From assembly GCA_965202805.1 (NCBI GenBank), contig OZ241869.1, positions 512,001-576,000 of the forward strand: a DNA stretch of 64,000 nucleotides. The letters are read 5' to 3'. Source of the DNA: Longimicrobiales bacterium. Lineage in GTDB: Bacteria > Gemmatimonadota > Gemmatimonadetes > Longimicrobiales > Gaopeijiaceae. Of this stretch, positions 50,623-60,432 are shown piece after piece. A program made the translations under genes and the position numbers. Below the pieces are notes generated by a model. That model made no database searches. It was not told where the DNA came from and was given only the letters and a program-made list of their open reading frames with translations. Every line of letters begins with the position of its first letter. Positions within the stretch are counted from its first letter, which is position 1.

Positions 50623-50626
50623 TACA

Positions 50627-52219
50627 ATGGACCCGCAGAGCATTTTGCTTGCGGCGGTCGTGATGGCGCTCGGCTCCGCAGCGGGATATCTGCTGGGACG
50701 GGGCATCGAGCGCACCAGGCAGAAAAAGGAACGCGCCGCCGCCCGCGACGATGCATCGCGCATCATCGCCCGCGCCAACGAGGAAGCCGACACCACCCTC
50801 AAAGCCGCCTCCCTGCAGGGCAAGGAGGAAGTCTACCGGCTGCGCGAGTCCTGGCAGTCCGAGGAGGCCCGGCGCCGGGACGAGGTCAAGACGCTCGAGC
50901 GCCGCGTCGGCGAGCGGTCGGATTCGCTGGACCGCAAATTCGACCGCCTCAGCGAGCGTGAGGCCCGTCTGGAGGACGGCAAGGGGGCGCTGGAGCAGCG
51001 CAAGAGGGCGCTTCAGCGGCGCAACGGCGAGCTGGACCGGAGGGTTGAGGAGGTAAGGGCCTCCGAGCGGTCGGTGCAGCAGTCGCTGGAGTCGCTGGCA
51101 GGCCTCTCCGCCGACGAAGCGCGCGCCCTCCTGATGAAGAACCTGGAGGACGAGGCCCGCGCGAAGGCCGCCAACACCGTCCGCGCCATCGAGGCCGAGG
51201 CAAAGCGGACCGGCGAGCGCGAGGCGCGCAAGGTCATCGCGCAGGCGATCCAGCGCATGGCGGCGGAACAGACCGCCGAGATGACCGTGTCCGTCGTCCA
51301 GTTGCCCTCCGATGAGATGAAGGGCCGCATCATCGGGCGCGAAGGCCGAAACATCCGCGCCTTCGAGCAGGCGACGGGCATCGACGTCATCATCGACGAC
51401 ACCCCCGAGGCCGTCATCCTCTCCGGATTCAACCCCGTCCGCCGGGAGGTGGCCCGCATCGCGCTCGGCAAGCTCGTGGAGGATGGCCGCATCCATCCCG
51501 CGCGCATCGAGGATCTGGTCAAGAAGAGCGAGAAATCCGTGAAGCGGACCATGCTCGCGGCCGCGGAGGAGGTGCTCTACGAGCTGGGGATCCACGACGT
51601 GCACCCCAAGATCGTCCAGGCGCTCGGTTACCTTCGCTTCCGCACTTCCTACGGCCAGAACCAGCTGCTGCATTCCAGGGAGGTGGCGCTGCTGGCGGGG
51701 GGCATGGCCGCGGAGATGGGGCTCGATGTGCAGATCGCCAAGCGGGCCGGGGTTCTGCACGATGTGGGGAAGGGGATGACCCACGATCAGGAAGGGACCC
51801 ACGTGGAGCTGGGATACGCGCTCTGCGAGAGGTATCGCGAGCCTGACCAGGTCCTGAACGCGATCCGCGCGCACCACGACGAGGAACCGCACCGCTACGC
51901 GGAGACCTTCCTGGTGACGGCGGCCGACGCGATTTCGGGATCCCGTCCCGGGGCGCGCCGGGAGATGTTCGACAGCTACGTGAAGCGGCTGGAGAAGATC
52001 GAGAACACGGTCCTCGACTATCCCGGAGTGGAGCGCTGCTTCGCGATCCAGGCCGGCCGGGAGGTGCGGGTCATGGTGGAGCCCGAACGGATATCCGACG
52101 ACGAAATGAATACGCTCTCGGAGAACATCGCACGACGTTTCGAGGAGGAGCTGCGCTATCCCGGCCAGATCAAGATCGTGGTGATTCGCGAAACCCGCGC
52201 CGTGGATTTCGCGCGATGA
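50627..52219 (+). CDS. rny: Ribonuclease Y
   Basis: N-terminal TM, coiled coil, KH (MKGRIIGREGRNIR), HD (LHDVGK) and AIQAGRE motifs. Confidence 0.96.
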   Translation: MDPQSILLAAVVMALGSAAGYLLGRGIERTRQKKERAAARDDASRIIARANEEADTTLKAASLQGKEEVYRLRESWQSEEARRRDEVKTLERRVGERSDSLDRKFDRLSEREARLEDGKGALEQRKRALQRRNGELDRRVEEVRASERSVQQSLESLAGLSADEARALLMKNLEDEARAKAANTVRAIEAEAKRTGEREARKVIAQAIQRMAAEQTAEMTVSVVQLPSDEMKGRIIGREGRNIRAFEQATGIDVIIDDTPEAVILSGFNPVRREVARIALGKLVEDGRIHPARIEDLVKKSEKSVKRTMLAAAEEVLYELGIHDVHPKIVQALGYLRFRTSYGQNQLLHSREVALLAGGMAAEMGLDVQIAKRAGVLHDVGKGMTHDQEGTHVELGYALCERYREPDQVLNAIRAHHDEEPHRYAETFLVTAADAISGSRPGARREMFDSYVKRLEKIENTVLDYPGVERCFAIQAGREVRVMVEPERISDDEMNTLSENIARRFEEELRYPGQIKIVVIRETRAVDFAR

Positions 52220-53118
52220 GCGCCGCCGTCATTTCGGGGACGGAGATCGCGGGTGCGATCCGCGGGGAGCTTCGGGAGCGGATCGCCGTCCTGAAGGAGC
52301 GGGATGGGATGGTACCCGGGCTCGCGACCGTTCTGGTGGGGGACGACCCGGCGAGCCACAGCTACGTGCGCATGAAGAACCGGGCCGCGCGCGCCGCCGG
52401 GATCCACTCCCGCCAGATCACCCTGCCGGGTTCGACGCCCGAGGCCGAACTGCTGGGCCTGCTCGACGGGCTCAACGCCGACCCGGCGATCCACGGCATC
52501 CTCGTGCAGCTGCCCCTGCCGGATCAGATTCGCGACCAGGTGGTGCTCGACCGGATTCTGCCCGGGAAGGACGTGGACGGCTTCCACCCGGTGAACGTGG
52601 GCCGCCTGGCCACCGGCGCGGCCGACGTGCTGGCCCCGTGCACGCCCGCCGGGGTGATCCAGATGCTCCTGCGCTCGGGTGTCGATCCCTCGGGCAGGCA
52701 CGCCGTGATCGTGGGACGCTCCAACATCGTGGGGAAGCCCATGGCGTCCCTGCTCATGCGCAAGGCCCCCGGGGGCAACGCCACGGTCACCGTCGCGCAC
52801 AGCCGCACCCCCGACCTCGGGGCCGTAACCCGGCTCGGCGAGATCCTGATCGTGGCCATCGGGCGCCCGGGGACCGTCACCGGGGCGATGGTGCGGCCCG
52901 GGGCAACCGTGATCGACGTGGGCACCAACCGGGTGGAGGACCCGGCCCGGGAGCGGGGATACCGCATCACGGGCGACGTGGTCTTCGATGAGGTGAAGGA
53001 GGTCGCGGGCGCGATCTCGCCGGTCCCCGGGGGGGTCGGCCCGATGACCATCGCGATGCTGCTCTCCAACACGGTCGACGCCGCCGTGCGGCTGCACGCG
53101 GACGGAGCCCGGGACTGA
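52216..53118 (+). CDS. folD: Methylenetetrahydrofolate dehydrogenase/cyclohydrolase
   Basis: GILVQLPLP, KDVDGFHP, PCTP, GRSNIVGKP and PVPGGVGPMT motifs. Confidence 0.96.
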   Translation: MSAAVISGTEIAGAIRGELRERIAVLKERDGMVPGLATVLVGDDPASHSYVRMKNRAARAAGIHSRQITLPGSTPEAELLGLLDGLNADPAIHGILVQLPLPDQIRDQVVLDRILPGKDVDGFHPVNVGRLATGAADVLAPCTPAGVIQMLLRSGVDPSGRHAVIVGRSNIVGKPMASLLMRKAPGGNATVTVAHSRTPDLGAVTRLGEILIVAIGRPGTVTGAMVRPGATVIDVGTNRVEDPARERGYRITGDVVFDEVKEVAGAISPVPGGVGPMTIAMLLSNTVDAAVRLHADGARD

Positions 53119-53126
53119 GCCGCTCC

Positions 53127-54518
53127 ATGGCTGCGGGGGGCGGGTCGCTCGACCTCTTCCGGCACGGTGCGGGCGGAGAGCGGCCGGGCCGTGCGGCCGG
53201 CGCCCCGGCGGAGAAGCCGGCGCGGGCCTCGCGAGAGCCCGAAAGGGCGTCGCGCGGGCCCGGCGGCGGCGCCGAGCCGTGGACCGTCGCCCAGGTGAAC
53301 CGCCGGGCGCGGTCGCTGCTCGAGCACGGCATGCGTGCGCTCTGGGTGGCCGGGGAGGTCGGCAACTGGCGCCGCACCGGCGCGGGGCACCGGTACTTCA
53401 CGCTCAAGGACGAGACCGCGCACATCGGCGCGGTCATGTTCGCCAGCGACGCCCGCCGGCTGCCGGCCGACCCGGAGGACGGCACCCGGGTGCGGGCGTT
53501 CGGCTCGGTGACCCTCTACGAGGCGCGCGGCCGGTACCAGTTGCGCGTGCGCAGGCTCACGGCGGAGGACGGGGAGGGGCTGTGGCGCCGGGCCTTCGAA
53601 CAGGTGCGGCGCAAGCTGGAGGCGGAGGGTCTGACGGATCCCGCCCGCAAGAGGGCCCTGCCGGCGTGCCCGGCCTGCGTGGGGGTGGTGACCTCCGCCA
53701 CCGGAGCAGCGCTGCACGACATGCTGTCGGTGATCGGGGAGCGGGCGCCCTGGACGCGGGTGCTGCTGAGGAGCGCGCGCGTGCAGGGGGACGGCGCTGC
53801 GGAGGACGTGGCCCGGGCCATCGGCGAGATCGGCCGGAGCGGAGAGGTGGACGTGGTCCTGGTGGGGCGCGGCGGGGGTTCGCTCGAAGACCTCTGGGCC
53901 TTCAACCGGGAGGAGGTCGCGCGCGCCATCGCCGCCTGCCCGGTCCCGGTCGTCTCGGCCGTGGGTCACGAGGTGGATGTGACCATCGCCGATCTGGTGG
54001 CCGACCTGCGCGCCCCCACCCCGTCGGCCGGGGCGGAGGCGGTGGTCCCCGACCGCGCCGCCCTCGCCCGGCGGCTGGGCGACCTGCGCCCGCGCCTGTC
54101 CACCGGCCTCCGGCGCTGCGTGCACAGGCACCGCCACGGCCTGGAAGCCCGCGCCGACCGGCTCCGCAGGGGGATTCGCGGGGTCATCCGGCCGCGGACC
54201 GCGCAGGTGCTCGGCCGCGGCGAACGGCTGGCGGGGGCGATGCGCGCACGACTCGCGTCCGGGCGCGCCCGCATGGAGGCCGCATCCGGGCGGCTTGACG
54301 CGCTCTCGCCGCTGGCCACGCTCAGCCGCGGGTACGCGGTCCCGCTCGATCGCGCGGGCCGGGTGCTCCGCAACCTCGCCGGATTCCCCGACGGGTCCTC
54401 CTTCGACCTGCGCGTGGTCGACGGCCGGGTCGAATGCCGTGTGACCGGGACTCGCCCGGACGGGCGTGTCGTGGGCGGGACCGGTCGACCGGAAGTCTCT
54501 GATCCGGAGCAGCCCTGA
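53127..54518 (+). CDS. xseA: Exodeoxyribonuclease VII large subunit
   Basis: GHRYFTLKD, RGGGSLEDLWAFN, SAVGHE and RAPTPS motifs. Confidence 0.95.
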   Translation: MAAGGGSLDLFRHGAGGERPGRAAGAPAEKPARASREPERASRGPGGGAEPWTVAQVNRRARSLLEHGMRALWVAGEVGNWRRTGAGHRYFTLKDETAHIGAVMFASDARRLPADPEDGTRVRAFGSVTLYEARGRYQLRVRRLTAEDGEGLWRRAFEQVRRKLEAEGLTDPARKRALPACPACVGVVTSATGAALHDMLSVIGERAPWTRVLLRSARVQGDGAAEDVARAIGEIGRSGEVDVVLVGRGGGSLEDLWAFNREEVARAIAACPVPVVSAVGHEVDVTIADLVADLRAPTPSAGAEAVVPDRAALARRLGDLRPRLSTGLRRCVHRHRHGLEARADRLRRGIRGVIRPRTAQVLGRGERLAGAMRARLASGRARMEAASGRLDALSPLATLSRGYAVPLDRAGRVLRNLAGFPDGSSFDLRVVDGRVECRVTGTRPDGRVVGGTGRPEVSDPEQP

Positions 54519-54790
54519 TGGATGAACGTACCCGTTCCGCCGGAGATCCGACGCCCTCGCCCCGGGACGCCGGCGATCCGCAACCGATGTCCGTGGAGCA
54601 GCGGCTTCGGCGGCTCGACCGCATCGTCGCCGCCCTCGACGCCGAAGATGTCGAGCTGGAGCAGAGCCTCGCGCTCTTCGAGGAGGGCATCCGGCACGTT
54701 CGCGCCGCGGAACAGCTGCTGTCGGCGGCCGAACTCCGCGTGGAGGAGCTGATCGAGGGCGAGGTCCGCCGGCGGGAAGACGCCGGGTGA
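54518..54790 (+). CDS. xseB: Exodeoxyribonuclease VII small subunit
   Basis: LEQSLALFEEG..AELRV motif. Confidence 0.92.
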   Translation: MDERTRSAGDPTPSPRDAGDPQPMSVEQRLRRLDRIVAALDAEDVELEQSLALFEEGIRHVRAAEQLLSAAELRVEELIEGEVRRREDAG

Positions 54791-55728
54791 GCGGGATCTC
54801 CCCGGCGCGGGAGAGCCCGGCGCCGAGCGGCGACTTCGATCTGGCGACCTTCCTGGAGGAGCAGGGGAGGCGGGTCGGGCAAGCCCTCCGGAGAGCGCTC
54901 GCCTCGCTGATCCCGCGCGTCGGTCCCGCCCTCGCCCCGGTCTTGCGGCACGGCCTGCTGACCGACGGCAAGCGGGTCCGGCCCATCCTGTGCGTGGCGG
55001 CATACGAGGCCTGCGGCCGCGAGAGCGGGGAAGGCTGCTACGATCTGGCCGCTTCCATCGAGATGATCCACGCCTACTCCCTCATGCACGACGACCTCCC
55101 GTGCATGGACGACGCCGAGCTGCGCCGGGGATCACCCACCCCTCACCGCGTATTCGGAGCCCGGAACACGACGCGGGCCGCGGCGACGTTGATTCCGGGA
55201 GCCGCGCTGCAGGCATGGCGCGCCTCCCTCGAGCTGGGATGCCCGGACGGGGTTGCGCGCGAGATCGTGCGCGCGCTGGCGCGGGCCGCCGGCGCGGGAG
55301 GGATGGTCGGCGGGCAGGCCCTGGATCTCGAATCGGAAGGCCGGACCCTGTCGCCGGACCGGCTGAACCGGCTGCACGCGCTCAAGACCGGGGCACTCCT
55401 GACGGCGGCGCCCCGGATCGGCGGGCTGGCAGCCGGAGCGGATGGACGCCGAATCGAGGCCCTGGATCGCTACGGGCGCGCCCTGGGGCTGGCATTCCAG
55501 ATTGCGGACGACATTCTGGACGCCACCTCCTCGGCGGAGCGGCTGGGCAAGCATCCCAGCGACGAGGCCCTGCGCAAGTCGACCTACGTCAGCCTGTACG
55601 GGCTTGAGGGGGCTCGCACCCGGGCGCTGCGCCAGGTCTCGATCGCGAGCCGGACGCTGGCCGATGCCGGGCTCGATTCCCGGCCCATGGAGGCGATCGC
55701 GGAGTACGTCGTGCGCCGCCGCCGGTAA
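54787..55728 (+). CDS. ispA: Polyprenyl (farnesyl) diphosphate synthase
   Basis: GKRVRP, HDDLPCMDD..RRG, GQALD, KTGAL and FQIADDILD motifs. Confidence 0.93.
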   Translation: MSGISPARESPAPSGDFDLATFLEEQGRRVGQALRRALASLIPRVGPALAPVLRHGLLTDGKRVRPILCVAAYEACGRESGEGCYDLAASIEMIHAYSLMHDDLPCMDDAELRRGSPTPHRVFGARNTTRAAATLIPGAALQAWRASLELGCPDGVAREIVRALARAAGAGGMVGGQALDLESEGRTLSPDRLNRLHALKTGALLTAAPRIGGLAAGADGRRIEALDRYGRALGLAFQIADDILDATSSAERLGKHPSDEALRKSTYVSLYGLEGARTRALRQVSIASRTLADAGLDSRPMEAIAEYVVRRRR

Positions 55729-55820
55729 TCCCGTGCAACAGCGGGCACGAATCCGGTTATATTAAGGATTCGGTCCCGGCAGTCGCGGGATTGCGACAAC
55801 CACAGATGGAGCGATATCCG

Positions 55821-57743
55821 GTGGCCATTCTGGACTACGTCAAGCAACCGGGCGATGTGCGCAAGCTGTCCCGTTCGCAGCTGCCCGACCTGGTTCGCGA
55901 GGTGCGCGACCGCCTGATCGACGTCGTCGCGCAGGTGGGCGGACATTTCGGGGGAAGCCTGGGCGTCGCCGAGCTCACGGTGGCGCTGCACTACGTCTTC
56001 GACACCCCGCGCGACCGCGTCGTGTGGGACACGGGCCACCAGGCCTACATCCACAAGATCCTCACGGGGCGCAACGACCGCCTGCACACCATTCGCCGCA
56101 AGGACGGGCTGGCTCCCTTCCTGCGCCGGGCCGAGTCGGACTTCGACGTCTTCGGCGCGGGACACGCCGCGACCTCCATCTCGGCCGCGGTGGGCATGGC
56201 CATCGGACGCGATCACAAGGGCGAGGACTTCGACGTCGTCGCGGTCATCGGGGACGGCGCCATCGGGTGCGGGCTCGCCTACGAGGCCCTCAACAACGCG
56301 GGCGCGAGCGACCGCAACCTCATCGTGGTCCTCAACGACAACGACATGTCGATCGCTCCCAACGTCGGGGCGATGAACAAGTACCTGAACGGCGTCATCA
56401 CGAACCCCCTCTACAACCGGGTCCGCGATCAGGTGAAGGAGCTGATGGGACGCGTCCCCACGAGCATCTCCGACGTGATGCAGTCCGCCACCGGCAGGTT
56501 CGAGGAGAGCGTCAAGCACCTCTTCGTTCCCGGCATGCTCTTCGAGGAACTGGGCTTCCGCTACTTCGGGCCCTTCGACGGGCACGACATCCACGGGGTG
56601 GTGAACACCCTGCAGCGGGTCCGCCGGATGAACGGGCCGGTGCTGGTGCACCTGGTCACCCAGAAGGGGAAGGGCTACAAGCCGGCGGAGGCGGATCCGG
56701 TGAAGTGGCACGCGTCCTCGCCCTGGGACAAGATCACGGGACTTTCGCCGAAGAAGCCGGTCGGCCTGCCCCGGTACCAGAAGGTGTTCGGCAGAGGGCT
56801 GACCGACCTGGCCTCGGAGGACGAGCGCATCGTGGCCATCACGGCCGCAATGCCGAGCGGGACCAGCACCGACATCTTCGACAAGGCGTTTCCGGACCGC
56901 CACTTCGACGTGGGCATCGCGGAGGCGCACGGCGTGACGTCGGCCGCCGGCATGGCCACGGAAGGCGTGCGCCCGGTCGTGGCCATCTACTCCACGTTCC
57001 TGCAGCGGGGCTTCGACTCCATCGTGCACGATGTGGCGCTGCAGGACCTCCCTGTGATGTTCTGCATGGACCGCGCGGGTGTCGCGGGGGCCGACGGTCC
57101 CACCCATCACGGCGCGTTCGACATCGCCTACATGCTGCTCGTGCCGGGCATGACCGTCACCGCGCCCAGGGACGGCGACGAGCTCATCGCCCTGATGAAG
57201 ACCGGCCTGACCCACGACGCGGGGCCCTGGAGCATCCGCTATCCGCGCGACGCGGTCCCCGCCGAGGTTCCCCCGACTTCGGAGATCGATCCGGTGCCGT
57301 ACGGGAGCTGGGAGGTGATGCGCGAGGGGTCGGACATGGCGATTCTCGCCGTCGGCACCATGGTCCTCGACGCGCTCTCCGCGGCCGGCGAACTGGCTGA
57401 GGCGGGCATCGAGGCGACCGTCGTCAACTGCCGCTTCCTCAAGCCCTTCGACGAGGAAGTGCTCGATCGGGTGCTCCGCTCGCACACGCGCATCCTGACG
57501 GTGGAAGAGGGGACCGTCATCAATGGTTTCGGAGCCTTCATGGCGCGCGAGATACAGGTGCGCGCGGGGTCGCGCCCGATCGTGAGGACGATGGGGTTGC
57601 CGGACGACTTCATCGAGCACGGAGACAGGGGGCTGCTGCTGGCGGAGGTGGGGCTGGACCCGAAGGGGATTGCCCGGGAAGCCCTGCGGCTGGCGGAGCG
57701 CAAGCCCGGAATCCGCGTGATGGCGACCAGAGAGAGCGCGTAA
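55821..57743 (+). CDS. dxs: 1-deoxy-D-xylulose-5-phosphate synthase
   Basis: DTGHQAY, GDGA..LNDN, YSTFLQR and DGPTHHG motifs; start GTG 55821 or ATG 55806. Confidence 0.96.
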   Translation: MAILDYVKQPGDVRKLSRSQLPDLVREVRDRLIDVVAQVGGHFGGSLGVAELTVALHYVFDTPRDRVVWDTGHQAYIHKILTGRNDRLHTIRRKDGLAPFLRRAESDFDVFGAGHAATSISAAVGMAIGRDHKGEDFDVVAVIGDGAIGCGLAYEALNNAGASDRNLIVVLNDNDMSIAPNVGAMNKYLNGVITNPLYNRVRDQVKELMGRVPTSISDVMQSATGRFEESVKHLFVPGMLFEELGFRYFGPFDGHDIHGVVNTLQRVRRMNGPVLVHLVTQKGKGYKPAEADPVKWHASSPWDKITGLSPKKPVGLPRYQKVFGRGLTDLASEDERIVAITAAMPSGTSTDIFDKAFPDRHFDVGIAEAHGVTSAAGMATEGVRPVVAIYSTFLQRGFDSIVHDVALQDLPVMFCMDRAGVAGADGPTHHGAFDIAYMLLVPGMTVTAPRDGDELIALMKTGLTHDAGPWSIRYPRDAVPAEVPPTSEIDPVPYGSWEVMREGSDMAILAVGTMVLDALSAAGELAEAGIEATVVNCRFLKPFDEEVLDRVLRSHTRILTVEEGTVINGFGAFMAREIQVRAGSRPIVRTMGLPDDFIEHGDRGLLLAEVGLDPKGIAREALRLAERKPGIRVMATRESA

Positions 57744-57759
57744 CCCCGCCGGAAACGCC

Positions 57760-58656
57760 ATGGTGCCGCCTCCCGTCCGCCGCATCGGCATCTTCGCGCT
57801 TCCCGGGCAACCGGGGCTCGCGCCGGCGCTGGCGCGTCTCGACGAGCTTGCGCGCAAGTTCGACATCGAGGTTGCCTGCGAGCCCGGCATCCTCGCGCAG
57901 GCGCCGCGCGGAATGCGCCCGCTCGGGCTGGAAGAACGCGGGCCGGACCTGCTGGTCACGCTCGGGGGGGACGGAACGCTTCTGCGGGGCGCGCGCAAGG
58001 TCACGGGGACGGACATCCCGGTCCTCGGGATCAACCTCGGGCACCTGGGCTTCCTCACCTCGTCCTCCGGCTCCGACCTCGCCACCGCCTTCGAGCGGCT
58101 GCGCAGCGGAGACTTCGCCCTCGACTACCGTATTACACTCGAGGCGGCCATCCTCGACGACGACGGAAACCCGGGAGATGCACAGGTGGCGCTCAACGAT
58201 TTCGTGGTCCACAGCAGCGGGGCGGCCCGGGTCTCCCGCCTCGACCTGTTCGTGGGGCATGACGGAACGACCGACGAGATCGGCAGCTTCAGCGCCGATG
58301 GTGTGATCGTTTCCACGCCTACCGGTTCGACCGCCTACTCCCTGTCTGCGGGAGGGCCCATCATCGCGCCCGGGGTGGACTGCATCCTGGTGACCCCGAT
58401 CTGCCCGCACACGCTGGCCGTGCGGCCGCTGGTGCTCGCCGCGGACGAGCGCGTCATCATCAGGGAGGTGGACCCGTCGGGCGACCTGGTGCTGACGGTG
58501 GACGGCCAGGAGGCGGTGACGGTGGTGCCCGGCTCGGTCGTGGAGATCCGGACCGGGACGGTGCGCGTACCCCTGCTTCGCTTCCCTGGGTACACCTTCT
58601 TCTCCACCTTGAGACGAAAGTTGAACTGGGCCCTGAAATCTCCTTCAGGTGCATGA
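57760..58656 (+). CDS. nadK: NAD kinase
   Basis: GGDGT, GHLGFL, LND and TPTGSTAYSLSAGG motifs. Confidence 0.95.
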   Translation: MVPPPVRRIGIFALPGQPGLAPALARLDELARKFDIEVACEPGILAQAPRGMRPLGLEERGPDLLVTLGGDGTLLRGARKVTGTDIPVLGINLGHLGFLTSSSGSDLATAFERLRSGDFALDYRITLEAAILDDDGNPGDAQVALNDFVVHSSGAARVSRLDLFVGHDGTTDEIGSFSADGVIVSTPTGSTAYSLSAGGPIIAPGVDCILVTPICPHTLAVRPLVLAADERVIIREVDPSGDLVLTVDGQEAVTVVPGSVVEIRTGTVRVPLLRFPGYTFFSTLRRKLNWALKSPSGA

Positions 58657-58676
58657 TCTTATGAATATCTCCGGAC

Positions 58677-60392
58677 ATGCTGATCGAACTGCGTATACGC
58701 GACTACGCGGTCATCGATGACCTGACGCTGGACGGGGCGCCGGGCCTCAACGCCCTGTCGGGCGAGACCGGGTCCGGCAAGTCTCTCGTGGCGAACGCCC
58801 TTTCGTGCCTGCTGGGCGAACGGGCTTCTCCCGGGGTGGTCCGCGTGGGCGCCCGCCGCGCCCGGATCGAGGCGGCGTTCGATGTCGGGGAGTGCGCGCC
58901 GGTGCGGGAGAAGCTGGACGCGCTGGGTCTGGCCGCGGGCGGCGACGTGCTGGTGCTCCGGCGGGAAGTGGCCCGCCAGGGGCGCAACCGGGCCTGGGTG
59001 AACGACTCGTCCGCCACGGTGGGGCTGCTGCGGGAGCTGGGGCGCCACCTGGTCGACCTGCACGGACAGCATGAGCACCAGAGCCTGCTCAGGCCCGCGG
59101 AACAGGCCAGGCTGCTGGATTCCCTGGCGCGCGCGACCGGACGGGCGAGCGCCGTCGCCGCGTTGTGCGCTGAGCTGAAGGCGCTGGCGCGCGAGCGGGA
59201 GCAGCTGGAAGCGAGGATCCGGGAACTCGAGGCGCGTGCGGACTTCATCCGCTTCCAGCTCGGCGAGATCGAAGGCGCCGGGCTCCGGGAGGGGGAGGAC
59301 ACGGCGCTCGAGACGGAGGCGACCCGGCTCGAACACGCCGACGAGCTGGCGCGCACCGCGGGGGGCGCCTACGAGGAGCTCTACGCGGGTGACGCCGCGG
59401 TCACGGTGCGAATTCGCGCGGTGCAGGGGGCGCTCGCGGACATCATCCGCCTGGACGGCTCGCTGGGCGAGGTCTCGGAGCTGCTGGAGCAGTCCTACCA
59501 GGCGGCCAGCGAGGCGGGCCGCTTCCTCGGGGACTACGCGAGCTCCCTGGAACATGATCCGCGTCGGCTGGAGGAGGTCAGGGCCCGCCTGGACCGCATC
59601 TTCCGGCTGAAGCGCAAGTACGGACCCGCGCTCGAGGACGTGATCGAGGCAGGGCGCCGGCTGGGGGCTCAGCTCGAGGAGATCGAGACGGGCTCGTTCG
59701 ACATCGCCGCCCTGGAGCGGCGCATCCGGGAGACGAGGGCCCGCCTGGAGCGGGAGGCGGCCGCGCTCAGCGAGGCGCGATGTAAGGCAGCGCGCATACT
59801 TGAGCAGCGGGTTACAGCGCTGTTCCCGGAGCTTGGGCTCGAAGGAGGCGCCTTCTCGGTCGCGCTCAGCCCGTTGGCCGAGGTCGGGCCGGGGGGCGCA
59901 GAGCGGGTGGAGTTCCTGGCTTCGCTGAACCCCGGGTTTCCGCCCGCGCCCCTCGGCCGGATCGCCAGCGGCGGGGAGCTGTCGAGGGTGATGCTCGCCC
60001 TCAAGTCGATCCTGGGCGCCGCGGACCGGGTGCCGACGCTGGTATTCGACGAGATCGACGCCGGGGTCGGGGGCGAGATCGCCAACGCGGTCGGCGCGCG
60101 GCTGCAGGAGACCGGGCGGGCGCACCAGGTGCTCGCCATCACCCACCTCGCCCAGATCGCGTCGCGGGCGAAACATCATCTGCGGGTCGAGAAGCGGATG
60201 TCACCGGATGACGGCATGATCCGTACCCGCGCCTTCGCCCTGGAGGGAGACGCGCGCGTGCGCGAGATCGCCCGCATGCTGGGCGGCGATCCGGACTCGG
60301 CGGCTTCGCGCGAGCACGCCCGCGAACTGCTGCGCGTGGGGGGGCGCGAACGCCCCGAGCCTCTCCATCGGCAGCCCGCGACGGCCCGCTAG
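58677..60392 (+). CDS. recN: DNA repair protein RecN
   Basis: GETGSGKS, HGQH, SGGELSR, FDEID and ITHLAQIA motifs. Confidence 0.96.
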   Translation: MLIELRIRDYAVIDDLTLDGAPGLNALSGETGSGKSLVANALSCLLGERASPGVVRVGARRARIEAAFDVGECAPVREKLDALGLAAGGDVLVLRREVARQGRNRAWVNDSSATVGLLRELGRHLVDLHGQHEHQSLLRPAEQARLLDSLARATGRASAVAALCAELKALAREREQLEARIRELEARADFIRFQLGEIEGAGLREGEDTALETEATRLEHADELARTAGGAYEELYAGDAAVTVRIRAVQGALADIIRLDGSLGEVSELLEQSYQAASEAGRFLGDYASSLEHDPRRLEEVRARLDRIFRLKRKYGPALEDVIEAGRRLGAQLEEIETGSFDIAALERRIRETRARLEREAAALSEARCKAARILEQRVTALFPELGLEGGAFSVALSPLAEVGPGGAERVEFLASLNPGFPPAPLGRIASGGELSRVMLALKSILGAADRVPTLVFDEIDAGVGGEIANAVGARLQETGRAHQVLAITHLAQIASRAKHHLRVEKRMSPDDGMIRTRAFALEGDARVREIARMLGGDPDSAASREHARELLRVGGRERPEPLHRQPATAR

Positions 60393-60432
60393 CCTCCGCC
60401 GGCAGCGCGCGATGGCCCATTAGCTAGATTAG

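Noticed and set aside
57743..57760. Absence of tlyA between dxs and nadK
   Set aside because: Common variation of this conserved gene string; no remnant is visible.
58645..58676. AT-rich patch before recN as a LexA or ArgR box
   Set aside because: Spacing does not fit the consensus boxes I know, and there is no second instance to support it.
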